From the NCBI GenBank assembly GCA_031835245.2, contig JAVKOQ020000061.1, forward strand, positions 186,001-227,903: 41,903 nucleotides of DNA, written 5' to 3'. The translations under genes were made by a program, and so were the position numbers. This stretch comes from Balamuthia mandrillaris (lineage: Eukaryota). Shown in pieces: positions 12,601 through 23,861 of the stretch. Numbering within the stretch: the stretch's first letter is position 1; each line of letters begins with the position of its first letter. Under the pieces are notes generated by a model. It worked only from the letters and a program-made list of their open reading frames with translations, had not been told where the DNA came from and made no database searches.

Positions 12601-13283
12601 TAACCCAAGAAAAACCTGAAGTGCTGCAGACTTATCTTCATCTATATCGTATTATCCAACAGCTTCGTAACTATTCTGCCATCTGTTCAGCTTCCTCTCC
12701 CTCTGGTCACCTTGCAGAAAGGGAAGTGGCAGCACTCACTCAATCGCTTTTGAATGTAAAAATCATATTGGCCTACTATTCTTCTTCTGCATCATCGTCT
12801 TCTTTCGCTTCTGATACCTACAATGATGATTTGCCTGCCACTGCTTCTTCTCCTGCACCCTTGCTACAAGCAATAATGTTGGCAGAGCTACAAGATAGCG
12901 TTAATAGCTTCTTTGATGAACTTCATTTTTGTTTGCCAACTTCACATGCAGCCGCCCTTCATCCATTATCACCATCATCACAGCTTCCACAGGCTCACAA
13001 CCCCACTCCCTTACAACAATACATTCTCTCTTTCCTGATGAAGGACGAAGCCACACCGATATCCTCCTCCACAACCACACAACGTTTGTTTGGATGCTTC
13101 CTACAGTACTATGACATTCCCTATCCTCCCTCTCTTATAAGCAATTTTGCGATACCTTCATCTTCCTCCTCAGCACGGAGAGGAGTCTCAATGTTGCGGT
13201 TAGCTCGTCTTCTTCCCCATAGTCCTCCGCATGTATTGGCCACTATCCTCCTTGCTCTTCGGCCAAAAACACCTTTGCAATAA
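6651..13283 (+). CDS. ANAPC1: Anaphase-promoting complex subunit 1, single 2210-codon ORF
   Basis: LFSLLHPLEELRP, WPEFHNGVATALRI, HAGLLMGLGLQGHL, PC-repeat region, YGTHMATNMALGLLFLGGG, DNRYHLQAFRHLYVLA are characteristic APC1 motifs. Confidence 0.96.
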   Translation: MMELKAARAAYTPFSVAELPFRSVTPFQPFGRRLAEEEEGEEAHGSELEACRSCYLLAPSTAVAAAGAQLHQEGLTESEVYAYCSGGDAATASTKIVWSSGGRVINTWEVGGAAAAISSFSSPSSARQHQPSRTLSWASFPSSLASSGLPDSFSFSSSSSSSFNSIGSTWWKEAVGGGALRQQRRRRYLCVLQAVARTLTLCETNEGMESTSGSSDKVQHIPLPFLASSLWRLPLGLLVQRAVSSSSSFSNSEFPTAEQITAEAVPGLFSLLHPLEELRPVPTTTSPSSSDVGTIIYSSERWPLIVSHHQQHHQNHQSPTECEMEGHSLWILLPAQQSHQPTYTTAINSKKAERDFGLSNSSADPVLEPQLALHRLFVAGQGEGGKEPKGKASSVFIMPDDGQSDENHMKGLLCLLIPTLSHHLRGGHQSNKAEEGASSILEVYSFSITLSPSSSLPSSKYSSVPSAVAVPQCLVKKVHSQAALAAMPIERRASNSSSDLVILHTNGSIGVYRQLKLLFHCSFCVPSPLSMPPAPVVGLCDAIGSRLNLLLGDRNQTRLRVTVPEVASSPLVLRCLAFLCSAMHQEDAFTLLRLYLCHNQQHNNVASSLPAEITDGEEEVEWRSLCHVLHFIFERQATEPYHSPAPQQLSSSIGSDHSDDDDGDDDWQYLLGSNVHQRHSTSFSALDKHCTIPNVTRSHSSSSSPSTSSYSLLEEEWNSKVVLFSTSCSTILFALHSIYEESKLNILHSSYVQRLGTLLMELAQRLAWLNYLEHYRRDLGLNVVDGEGAACTSCSLASCEEEPASIYSWLHRRLRGEIGLKPFTFAIQPYEQGEATAVPLVDASRVGDTQLTRKVCLFYDILCGGDGHHYANAHPNNRGKGETKEEKEKRKEESTAPASKPVVSYNKPSERWQRVVLSMAHEGFTLEQLNNLPFGVAVPLRDAIQQCRAGNIPTGWPVAAYHLLGRNDLAPGFNASLVEQLPSPHDAQGSDDTILENTGISFSTGRNRPATTATGSAAPTTSGEQDMMGKRNEWDGLGAILDNEACRLRFGRDQRLRDVHKMLASSYPRRIHLQANQAAGAMGMAEHEIAAAQQKQLLRMAHRTLALAVGRGMFTLSSTSSHLLVEPLPIPLIVLDGKAGERGKTLTVTLEAGSVPPEVLRWPEFHNGVATALRIAPSYQVADMDDDELASSAGAGFWDQRQVTSTWIVYNKQLQAAAGGGSDNNMSNGHAGLLMGLGLQGHLSSLSQTKVFDYLSKGHELTSVGILLGMAASKIGTMEASLAKLLSIHVPALHPPSSSDLEVPPSVQTASLLALGLLYQGTLHRHMCEILLQEIGRSPLAKPHPDHGGSSSGAEREGLALAAGLALGLVGLAQGGNGATMKPAGLSDMCIEDTLFYYMEGGRQGGNTKRPLSTASSLDGGGVSALHDWLAPDADDTAATEDSVTMMITGNGASDRSLHGNSNNSKNSLVLLSSRRPVDVDATAAGAILALALLFLKTEHRVVAQRLAPPTTPYLLDGIRPDLLLLRVLARNLVLWHSIQPNKGWMDSQMPQVVLRFAAKEDAKRTRGPIFVEEQDDDEDVTSSSNYAYADTLRQAHINILAGACLSLGLRFAGSSDGAAYALLLEQVEYMQKRLRVAPEQDYPMVETCLNMATLSLSLVMAGTGHLPTLRLLRSQHRRVRPRHPHNRSQRQEENLTDLFSRNGSREAVSYGTHMATNMALGLLFLGGGRYSLGTQNHQIAALVCALYPRFPLDCQDNRYHLQAFRHLYVLACEERCVQAVDVETRQQCYVPIRVDLMTSSARKGSSLDLTAPCLLPEFRFIQRMSIASPRYWSYNIVLAPSPGDDDTRHSSAQAKTLLRHRIIFVKRKTGFLSYSQDPAGLRSILCRPFPQYQHHLQNPACHLFQQKQRPSAMSAAWKQQNRLLFIKSFSQDPNILAFANHFALPQSCANPTGASTSPFTQLHNEEAANFLASFCTAALYECLTQEKPEVLQTYLHLYRIIQQLRNYSAICSASSPSGHLAEREVAALTQSLLNVKIILAYYSSSASSSSFASDTYNDDLPATASSPAPLLQAIMLAELQDSVNSFFDELHFCLPTSHAAALHPLSPSSQLPQAHNPTPLQQYILSFLMKDEATPISSSTTTQRLFGCFLQYYDIPYPPSLISNFAIPSSSSSARRGVSMLRLARLLPHSPPHVLATILLALRPKTPLQ

Positions 13284-13323
13284 AGTTCTATGGCATTCCC
13301 TTCTCTACTCTTCATCGTTCTCT

Positions 13324-13359
<36 letters not shown>

Positions 13360-13394
13360 ATCTCACCAGATAATACAAACAACAAAGCGAGTTT

Positions 13395-14605
13395 TTAGTG
13401 AGCATGAAACAGATTGTCAATGATAAGGAAGAGGACATAGCTGGCAACCATGCAGGCCAACGACACCCTCCGCGAGTGCGAGTTGACCTCCTTGGCCATG
13501 AGCTCCGGTATGATGCCGGTGGCCGTTATGAACACAAAAGTGCCAGCGCCAAAGCCTAACACGAAGCCAAGGAAAGAAGGGGCGATGCCTCCTAGCAGCA
13601 ACATCCCCAAGAACGCCCCCAACGGCGTCATCGAGCACAACACCAACAGGTTGGTGTAAAAGGTCTGCGAGGACCGCCCTGGTGCGTTCGCTAGTATTGT
13701 GGACATGACGAACCCATCCGGAATCTTATGCAGTATCAAAGCCCATGCCACCCGGAAGCCTATCGCCTGTGAGGCCTCAAAGGCTCCCGCCATCACGAAC
13801 CCGTCCACAAAGGAGTGCACCGTAAGCCCTAGCAGTGCCACGAATGAGAACTCCTCTGACAGGCGCGTGGTGTGGTGATTGTGGTAGCCCCCGTGATTAT
13901 GGTGGCTGTGATGGTTGTTGTTATTGGCCACCTGGTGCTGTTGATTTCTGTTTTAGAAGATAAACTCCAAAGCAAAGACGAAAAGAAGAAGCACAAAGAG
14001 AACAAGAAAGAAGAAGGCACCTCGTCAACTTCGCTAACTTCTCGGCCAAGGTCAAGGTCATTGATTTGGATGTGATGGTCGGGCATGCCACCGCCATGCG
14101 AGTGAGCATGGCCGTAGGCGCTCAAGACCTGTTCCAGGATGAGGAGGGTCAAGTAACCAACGCCAACGCCAATCATGGCGTACCGTGCTCCCTCCCCTTC
14201 TCCGCCAGACTCGTCGTGGTCGCGATGGTTGTGCGGCATGGCTTGGCGAGGCGTGGAGGAGAGAAGTTGTTGGGGGCTGTCCGTAAGCTGCCGCGGCCGA
14301 TGATAGAAGGTTGCCTCGTTGTTGTATCCATAGAATACATCGTTGTTGTCGTTGTCGTTGGTGGTGGCCTGGTTGGAGGAGGGCAGTGACGTGGCATGAG
14401 AGGAAAGGGCCAGTTCGGAGGAGATGTTGAGAGCCTCAGGGATGAGGTCCACCGTGGCGATGGCAAAGAGCAAACCCGCAGAGAGGGCCAACAGCAAATG
14501 GCTCCAGCGGGCAAAGCCTCTTCGATAAAGAAAGCGTGGCAGCAGTGCAGAGAGGAACGGCGCCAGCCCTGCCGTAAACACGGTAAGCAAGAGGGAGAGG
14601 TTCAT
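13395..14605 (-). CDS. ZIP (SLC39) family zinc/metal transporter, one intron (13932-14020)
   Basis: LALSAGLLFAIATVDLIPEA, His-rich loop, GLTVHSFVDG, LILHKIPDG, GFGAGTFVFITATGIIPE. The GT-AG intron joins the two ORFs in frame. Confidence 0.92.
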
Positions 14606-14792
14606 CTTCCTCTCCCCAGCTGCTGCTGCTGCAGCTGGTAGGAAAATAAAAATAAAAAAGGAGGAAGAAGGCTCGTGTGTAGGTCCCCACAAGAAATTGG
14701 CGGCAAGCAAAGGGGGCGGCTTCTGCTGCTCTTCTTGGCAGTGGTGTTGGGGGCTTTGTGGGGGTTGGCTGGCTTCTCTTGAAGAGAAGGGC

Positions 14793-14878
14793 TTCTTCTT
14801 CTATCTTCTTCTTCTTCTATCTTCTTCTTCTTCTATCTTCTTCTTCTTCTATCTTCTTCTTCTATCTTCTTCTTCTTG
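14793..14878. repeat. Imperfect (TTC)n / TTCTATC repeat in the ZIP-WDR41 divergent intergenic region
   Basis: Visible low-complexity run. Confidence 0.85.
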
Positions 14879-15202
14879 TTCTGCTGCTTGGTGGTTGGTT
14901 GGGCTGTCTTCCTTGTCTTTGTCTGCAGCTGCCCTGCTGCTGCTCTGCTGCACTGGTAGCAAATATGTACCTAATAGATTGGGAAACCAAAGCCGAGAGG
15001 GCCAGGCTATTATGTTTGCAAACTAAAATATAAATAAAAATATTTGAGAAACCAGAAGAAAGAGGAAGGAGAGGAGGAGGAGGAGGGAGAGAAGAGGAGA
15101 GGTGGGCAAAGGACGAGGACGAACAACAGAGGAGAGGAGAAGAGCAGGAAAAGGGTAGGTAGGGCACCAAACGGAGAGAGTGAGGTATTGCAGCTACGCA
15201 GA

Positions 15203-17500
15203 ATGGGGCTTGGTCTGGCGAAAGAGGGCAAGCAGGAGACGGTGCAGGAGGACCTCGAGTCCAACACGCTGAACGAGCTGCAGATCTTGGCAGGGCACAG
15301 CGACATTGTGCGCCTCTTGGTCAAAATTGATGACTTTAGGTATGTATTTGTGCGTGCCCCTTCTTTTGTTTTGCTGGCGGTGGCTGTTCTTCTGCTAAAT
15401 GGCTGGGCTTGGTGTTGTTGTTGTTGTTAATAGAATCGCTTCAGCTGGCGATGACAATAAGGTCATCATTTGGCACGTACAAACTGGGCAGCGCCTCTTT
15501 GTATTGGAGGGACACACCAGGCCTGTCACCTGCCTTCTTATGTTGGACAGCCACACCCTCGTTTCTGGTTCTTCTGACAAAGCTCTCAGGGTTCCTTTTT
15601 TTTTTTCCCTCCTTTTCTCTGCTCTTTTCTAGTTCTCTTCTCCTCCCTATCCCTGGTTCTCTTTCGTCGTTTTTCTCTCTTTCTCTCCCATGCATGCATT
15701 CTACTCACCAATGACGAAAAGATATGGGACGTGTTCACTGGGAATTGTCTTCAGGTGGTGGATAATGCTCACGACAGCAGCGTTAGGGTAAGTGTGCTTG
15801 CTTGCTGCAGCTGCACTATGGCAAAAGGGCGAGAGTTTACATCTATCTAGAAAGAGAAGTTGACCATGGTTGCTCTGTTGCTCTCATTGACGCCTCTGAT
15901 CAGGCGTTGGCTCTGATGCCGAAAGGTACCAGAGTGGCGCACAATGCTGACAACGCCACAACAGATCTGTTTTGTAGCGGCAGCAATGACAGTAAGATTT
16001 GTGTGTGGGGTCGAAAGAATGACGGCATATCCTTGATCGCTTCGATAGTGCGTGAGGAAGAAGAGAGTATGTATCTTTCTATTGCCTCTCTCCCTCTCCT
16101 CCGCGGTAACTAAAAACGCCTACATTTGGTAGATCTTCATTGCTTACTGGCACTGCATAATTGTGTAGTCACAGCCTCAACCTCCCCCTACTTATGTGAG
16201 TAACGCCTTCAGTGCACTCAGCGCTATATTGATAGGCTCTTGCACTAACTTTTTGTAATGCTCGGCACAAATAGACGTGTACAGCTTGGAGGAGCTGGGT
16301 TTCTGTAAAAAGTTAGCGTACCATAGAGAGTCTGTGCGATGCTTGGCCACAATAACCCCGTCTTTATTTGCGTCAGCTTCGTTGGACGGTTCCATTGTGG
16401 TTTGGCAATCCTCCAACCTTCAGGCTTTCAAAGTGCTCGAATATCCCGAAAACTATATCCAAGAAAAAGATTACGTGTTTGCCGTCAACCATATCCTTCC
16501 CCTTGGCGAGGTAACTTTTATTAACCCGCTAAAATATGGTTTGAAGTTCACGCATTTGCTCACTGTGCTATGGTTGTGATGTTTGTATGTTCGCGTGTTC
16601 CTGGCCTTTGCACCTTTTATTTATAGCGGTATTTAGCGGCAGCTATCAACGATGGCTTCCGCGTGTATGACATCCCAAGCGCCACCTGTGTTATGCAATG
16701 CAAGAAAGCCCATGATGCCACAGTCAATAGACTCATTCCACTGTACAATGGGTAACCTTGCGATTTTTTCCCCTGCATATGTTCATTCGAACATTTACGC
16801 TGAACTCGGGTTATCTTTTTTATGTACCTGCACAACCTTCAAAAACAGCACACGGATAGCATCCTGCTCTGTGGACTCATCCATCAAGTTGTGGGGCACG
16901 GCCCAGGCCCTGGATTTTACACAAGGAGCTCCTAACTCTAGTGGCAGCAGTAGTAGCAGCAGCAGCGGCAGCGGCTATAAGAAGAGCAGAGGTAGACGCT
17001 TCGGCACACGGCTAGGTTTGCAAAGTACGCCAATGTTAGAGCCGATTTGCCTGGGAGAAATGCTGGGCCACTCAGGCGCCGTCTACTCCCTACTTCCATG
17101 CTCCAATGAGAGCTTTGCCAGCTGTGGTGCGGATGGTCTGGTCATTTTGTGGAAGGACGGGGTTGTGCAGTCCGAAATGCGCAATCGGTTGGCCAGTGCT
17201 GCCTTGTACATCAATCTCTTGGAGAGCCGGGCAGAACAAGAAGAAGAGGAACAAGAAATCGATGAGCAAGTGGAGGAAGAAGAGGAAGAGGAACCATCGG
17301 GTGGATTGGAGGGCAATGTACAGTGTGAATATATCAACGTTGGTGGAGAGGGTGCCGCAGTAGAAGAGGATAGCAAGATAGCCGGCCTTGCAAAGGAGGA
17401 GCATGCACCTAAGACCCTTCTTCAAGATGAAGAAATAGTCTCTCTAGTGGATGCTGTTGTCCTCACCGATTCTTCTGCGAACACCCGTACCGTGTTTTAA
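15203..17500 (+). CDS. WDR41: WD40-repeat protein WDR41-like, multi-exon, acidic C-terminal tail
   Basis: ELQILAGHSDIVRLLVKIDDFR|IASAGDDNKVIIWHVQTGQRLFVLEGHTRPVTCL matches the WDR41 N-terminus. Further WD repeats follow (FASASLDGSIVVW, FASCGADGLVILWKDG). Confidence 0.85.
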
Positions 17501-17614
17501 CTCGAACAGGAAGAAGAAAGAGCTTAGTCCAGCTATAATAAATGTTGTTCGTACATTAAAGTGAATTTACAGCTGGCGAGAACAACAAAGGGGCTGTGAC
17601 GTGAGGCTGGACAT

Positions 17615-20600
17615 TTAGGGTGACGAGGAACGTCCGCCATCATCCTCAATATCTTCATCATCATCATCATCGTCTTGAGCACCGCCTCTTTCCTGAGCGG
17701 TGACGCTATTGATCACCTCACCTTCCTCGTTAAGGCCATACGGATCTTCCTCGACCATGGTGCCTGCTTCCTTGAGTTGCCAGTTGCTGATTCTGCCAAT
17801 ATGGTAAAGGTTCTGAAGGGTGTCGTCTAGGCGACCGGTAGTTGCCAGGCTTTGATACAGTCTATACAATCTCAGTGCCTGCCAGCAGGTTACAGTGCAG
17901 GGATACAAAGTTTCCAGAGATATACAGGAAATCGGTAAAAGATGGACAACCATAAGCAAGGAGGCACAGACACTGCCACATTAGATAGAGAGGAAACCAA
18001 ACCGTGTGTGCATCTTCAGTGCTGCAATGAGTTTTCGTTTGTATTTGTGTATTTAGCAAATGGGAGGCCAGAAAACGCAAGGATAACTTCCGCTGGCGTT
18101 CCAGATAAAATAAATCCACCGTGTCCCTAACCTGCGATGGAGGAACCATGATGTCTGCCAGTAATGTGGTGAGTCGCCGGGTAGGCAAACGGAAGAGGAG
18201 GAAAACAAAGGGCACAAACTGATAATTCTGAAATCTTTCTGCAAGCCATGACCAACAAAAATACATCCAGTGTCTACTAAAAAGCGTAGTTTTAAATACG
18301 CGTCCTGGAGGATGACGCTGGATAAGCACATGAAATAAATGAAAAGGAGCTTAGGTAACAAAGAGAACCTTCAGAGTAGTGACATGGTGGGAGGAAACTG
18401 CGGGATCCAGATCTCCAGGCACAATGCCAGAAAATCGGGTCAAATACGCAGCAATCGGCTCGTAAGTAACTATGTAATCATCTATAAAAACATCTGGTTC
18501 TGATGTTTGGCTGTGGTCCTTCTGTTCAATTTGAGTAAGGGTTTTGCTATCACCGTCGCTTAAGGGTGCGTGGTCTCTTAATACACTAACTCTAGCCAAG
18601 CTGAAAGTGCCTGGTTTGACAATCATTCGTTTGCCGTCACTACGTAAATAGGTCTCTTCCTTACAAGATGGGATTGGATGAGTCAGCTAGCTCACACGGA
18701 AAAGAAATTAGAATAAGCGAGTAAGTAACTTACAGTTTGCAATGATACAAACTCAGCATCAAGTGCTAACAAGTCACCACAATGAGGAATAGTTTGTTGG
18801 GTCAGTGTCCTTGAGGGAGGCGGGCTGTTTATAGAATTGCTAGTACGAGGTATTAGAGGAAATGGAGAAAAGGAAGGGGTATGTTATAAAATCCAGTACT
18901 GTTGAAAAGGGTGATCGAGGAAAAAGACATCGCTTGTGATTTGATTGAATCTGTGAGGTACAGGAAACCTCTCCACTGAGTCTAGTCTAGTGAAGTATAG
19001 GAGGCATGGGAGCTTTTACAAGAAAAGGATTAGCAGAAGAAATGTGCTATTTGAGGTTAGGAACCTACTTTCCAAACGGTATTATATTGCAATACTTCCT
19101 CTACCGGGATTGTGGTGATGCTAAAGTCGTTAAATAAATACCATTCACTTTTCTGGTCAGAGGAATACGATGCAGGAATTTTGATATGAGATACCAAGTG
19201 TTCTCTCTTACGTGGATTGCTCTCCAGATCATTGTAAATGTGGGCAATGGTAGCCTATATATTTTCGAGAAAATAGCATCAAGAAGGAGAGCAGAGCAGA
19301 GGCAAATAGCGGGAGTAGCAAACATACCGAAAGCTCATAAACGGCAAGAATGTTACCATCCTCTGTAAGGTTAGACTCTTCACGTACTGTTATGCCTTGT
19401 TCATTCTTCACCAAGTAAAATCTGGAATAAAAAAGATGGAGCATTAGAAAGGACTACGCCATTTTTCAATGCTCGTCCTGGAATACCTTAACGGAAACCA
19501 TGAAGGACTACCCGTGGCCTCTTGTCTGTTAACCAAATCCCTCCAAAACGAAACGACCTGATAGTGTCAAATTGTTTGTTTGTGTTTATAGTGAGAGAGA
19601 GAGAGAGAGAGGATGCGAGTACGAACATTTGGTCCCAAAGGGAAGTTAAGGCAAAGGACGTTCGGAGCATCTTGTAACCACATTTGGCAAAGGTGATCTT
19701 GGGTGAGGGCACACCGATCGCACCATAACTGTTGGCGATAAGCCTTGTGAATGCTGTGTTCCAAAGCCCTGCAAAAGGTAGCGACCGGGTCATGGAAATG
19801 GGGTGTCTGTTTGGATAACTATAAGCCAGATAAATAACGCTAAGAAGGGCTAAAGGATTCAAACCGTATTTTCCTCCTGCGCTGGCGGGAACATTAAATC
19901 GAGGGTGATGGAACAAACTTGAGAAACGGTCAAATAATTGCAAGATAAACAACAATTATGAACTGAAAAAATGGAGCCAAAGAGCTGGTCGATGAGTGGA
20001 GGATGGCGAGATGAGTCGCCCCAGGTTGTAGAAGATAGCAATGGCGCTCGCAAGCTTTCTTTCTGTAATTGCTCCAACAAAAAAGCGTTGAAGCGCTGGA
20101 TGAGGCGACCTAAGCGCACAGTGTCTGATGTGGCGGCAACAGTGGTTGGTTCAAATAGATCACTGGTTGACGGCATGTGACGGAAAGTACGAAGAAAATT
20201 GCTGGCGTGGCAACTCTTTCCTTCACATATGTCCAGCATGTGAAACAAAAAACCTAACTCACAGCTTAGGCAAAACTCTTCACGGCAGACATGATTCAGC
20301 ATATGCATCCTCAGCTGTGGAATAAAATAAAATGTTTGTAGACAAGCATGCGTGTAGGCGTTGGCATATACGTTCTCCAGCCCTCCAAACTTCGTGCGAT
20401 TGTAATACCTTTGTTCATTTCAATTAGTTTATGGATAAAAAGTACGTTTTTCGATGAGCAAGCAAATCACTCCTTGAAAAGAACTATGGCTACGTACTCA
20501 AAATTGAAGCCTTCCATGCCAAGTTTGTAGTATTTTACTTCTACTCTACGATAATGTTTCGGTGGTGCTATTACACCAGTTCCACACTGCTTCCAAATGG

Positions 20601-22498
20601 AGAGAAGTGAGATAAGAGAGTGCCAACGACAGTGAGAGTAAAAGCGATAAGAGCTGAGAGCATAGAGAAACAGAGTGGTAAGGGAAAGCGAACACTAGAC
20701 TGAGTAACAGAAGAACAAGTAGGCGGCTGTTGTGATGGATGTTCACTGGGTTGGCTGTTTTGGGTTTTGCGAGGATTTGGGGCATAGTGAAGGCGGCCAA
20801 GCTTCTTGATATTGTTCATGACTTGACTGGGTATCTTAGCTGACTTCAGTCCCACATCAAAGTCCATAGCTGGCGGCCAATCAGACAATAACTGCTCGTT
20901 CAATTCCGGAAAAATAGAGGTGGACAACGACCTGGGACGAGGAGAGAAGGAAAAACAGGTGAGATTCCTGGAGGACCAGGGCAATGGAATAGGAGCATGC
21001 TTACATTTGATCGTCGTAAAAGGAGGTAGGCAGATGGCGAGAAACGGGGAGTTCCGGCAAGACTGTGGCTCTTGAATAAGAATTCACCTGCATGTCCTGT
21101 CGATCAGCCCATAGATGTACATAGCCTCCTGAGTCACCAAAGACAGCAAGCTCTCCTGTACTTGAAAGATCAATAGTCAAAACGGCGTCTCCACCACAGT
21201 CCACCTACGTTACAAAATTCATCAAGCGAGACACAGGAATTTGAGTGAACCTATTGCTACAGAGATTACACCAAGAACTGTGGATTGGTACCTGGTACAT
21301 TTGTATATTTGTCTGTTCTCCTTGTGCTTCACATATCTGTAGTTGTCCGCCCTGCGACACCACAAAGAGGCTAGAAGAGAACTTTGGGTGGAATTTGACT
21401 TGGAAGGCTCCAGGAGGAAAAGCCACGGGAGGTAGTGGTCTCATAGTTCTAAGGTCATATATCTTGACCATTGGATCTGAAGTAGGATAGGGTTGACCGG
21501 CTCTGCATATCAGGGGAGAGAGATTGAGAGAGAAAAAGAGTAGAGGAGCAACGTATAAAGAGAATGAGCATGGGGAATAAATAAAGTGGGTTAAACACGA
21601 GAAAAGGGAGAACCGTTTCGTCCAACCACAAGTGGCGACAAGATCGCCCTTAACATCAAGGCTCATAATGCCACAGGAATGGGAATCAAAGCGGTGTTCA
21701 AGGCGGAAAGAACGGGGATCAAGGAGGGAGAGCTGGCCACCAAGCCCTCCACAACAGAGAAGGCGAGAGCGCCCAAGGCAAGAAAAACCGAGAGCAGTGC
21801 CAACGTCGTCACTATCTATGGTCACTTGTTTTAGCAATGTGCCGGTGGTCATATCTAGGAGGTGAAGCAAGGGGCGCTCTCCCGCTAGAAGCAACTCAGT
21901 GCGGGAAGAGTTGGTGTAAAGGCCACAGCGCAGGTCATTGAGCCCCTTTTCAGGGGAATGGAAATGAAACCGAAGGCAACCTCCTGTGCTGTAATGGTAT
22001 AGCCTGTCTGCTGTCACTGCGGTGATTCCCTCTGCGCCATTGAGGAGCTGCCGCACCCCTCCCTCACCTGCCACTGTAGCTGCTGCTGTCTTGAAGCTCG
22101 AGTACTTGCTCAGCTGCGGCGTAACCAGGTAGCTCACAATTCTACCCTATATGTGATAGTTGTTTGTTGTGTGAGAGCTGCTGTGAGGCAAAGGCAAAGG
22201 GCAACGGCAAGGGGCTGCTGCAAGAGAGAGAGGAGAGGAGCACGTGCATTGTCAAGCCCTGTCCACAGCAGTTCCTCTTCAGTGTCAAAGAGAGAGGCAG
22301 TGACCATGGCTGCCGGAGTGGCAGCGGAGGGGAGGTGTTCAGCGAGGCTTTGCAACTCGAACCAGCCCCTCTCCAGGAGTGTGCCACTGCTAGAGCCAAC
22401 AAAGCTACCAGTACTGACAGCAGCAGGAGGCAAGTGCGCATAGCCCACCACTCCCCCGCCTCCTCCTCCCATGGGGTGTTGCTGGTGGTGAGGAGAAG

Positions 22499-22529
<31 letters not shown>

Positions 22530-22889
22530 ATAGTGAAGTTGCTGTTGCTGCAGGTGATGGTGGTGGAGGGGGTGGTGCAGCTGGTGGTTATGCTGCTGTT
22601 GTTGGTAGCTCTGCGCCAGGTTATTGGTGTGTGGTCTGTGGCTATGTTGCTGCTGTGCGGCTGCTGCTGCGTGGTACAGGTGCTGCTGGGTGCCTCCACC
22701 TGCGCCGCTGTAGCGTGCCGTAGCGTTTGGGGGATGGAAGACACGCTGTTCACTCCCTTCCGCTACTGAAGGCGGTGGTATCCACAGCGGGGAGGGTGTT
22801 GAGTGTGGCCTGCCAGCTGCTGCCCCTCCTCGCCCACTGAACAGCCCTCTGCCGCTCCCCACTTGCTGCTGTTGGTGGTAATCTGCCAT
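17615..22889 (-). CDS. PAN2: PAN2 deadenylase subunit (WD40 + inactive UCH + DEDD exonuclease), multi-exon, Q/H-rich N-terminus
   Basis: FDTEEELLWTG, DPMVKIYDLRTMR, FCLSCELGFLFHMLD, LARVSVLR, FIDDYI, YLTRFSGIVPGDLDP, FVGHGLQKDFRII, RKLSLRFLA, HCSTEDA. Confidence 0.93.
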
Positions 22890-23717
22890 TCAAACAAAGG
22901 CTGTATCTACCCCTCCGAAGACGGCCAACCTCTGCCTCCGGCTGCAGCAACCACTTTTCCTTCCTTGCTTGTTTGCTTGCTGCTATCTTTCTTCGCGGCA
23001 GAAAGAAGCACTACTACTACTGCTTGTTTGCTTGCTGGGCAACTGCCGCCTAAATAAAAAATAAAATAAAATTCAGTCTGCCCCCAACTGGACCCACCAC
23101 AACCGAGCACTCTGTAAAGGTGCGGGTGGTGGTGGTGGTGGTGGTGGTGCAACTCGCTCTGAACAAAAGAAAACCCTGGCCAAGTGGCTTGGCACAGCAC
23201 GGTGGACAGACAACAAGGCCGTGGGGTTGCACCACGTGAACACAATGCATGGAGTGTTGCTGAAGGGAATGAAAGCTCAAGTCAGGGAGACATTCCCGAG
23301 CAACGGCAATTTCAACGGAGAGGACAATAGCCTTGCTTGGGTGTTGGAAACTCCCCGATGAATCTCTTCAACGGTGTGAAAAACAGCTTGGCAGAGGTGC
23401 AACCGGATTCCAGATGAAGTTCCGTGGTCGGAAGGACAAAGCCAGTCTCTCAGCATCCAAGCCAGAGAGTGGAACCACAGCAGCTCCTACCGCCAACTCT
23501 TCTTCGGAGGCGAATCGGAGCTAGAAACAAGAACTACAAAGTTCCATCAGAGGTGATCTCTATGCTGTTTGCATTTTCCCCTTCTATAACTTACGCTTTA
23601 TTTTCCACCATAGTGCTGTCCCATTGATCGGCCTGGTCTTGGCGCCGCCTTTGTAGTGCTCTTAAATAATAAATAAATAATGATAGCTTCCTGCTAGCAG
23701 GTTGGCTTGCGGAATCA

Positions 23718-23827
23718 TCACTTGGCTGGAGCTGCAACCCAGAGAAAGGAACGGAGAAAATTTGATTAACGTGAGCAGAACAAAAACTGTCACAAGAAAA
23801 GGAGAGAGTGGGAGAGAGAGAGGGGGA

Positions 23828-23861
<34 letters not shown>

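Noticed and set aside
5778..13315. Many short overlapping or antisense ORFs within COMMD10 and APC1
   Set aside because: Expected shadows of GC-rich coding DNA; no recognisable motifs.
23270..23570. Firm RNase P/MRP, SRP or telomerase RNA call
   Set aside because: I could not find a matching P4 3' strand, a complete SRP helix 8 or a telomeric template. Reported only as a candidate structured RNA.
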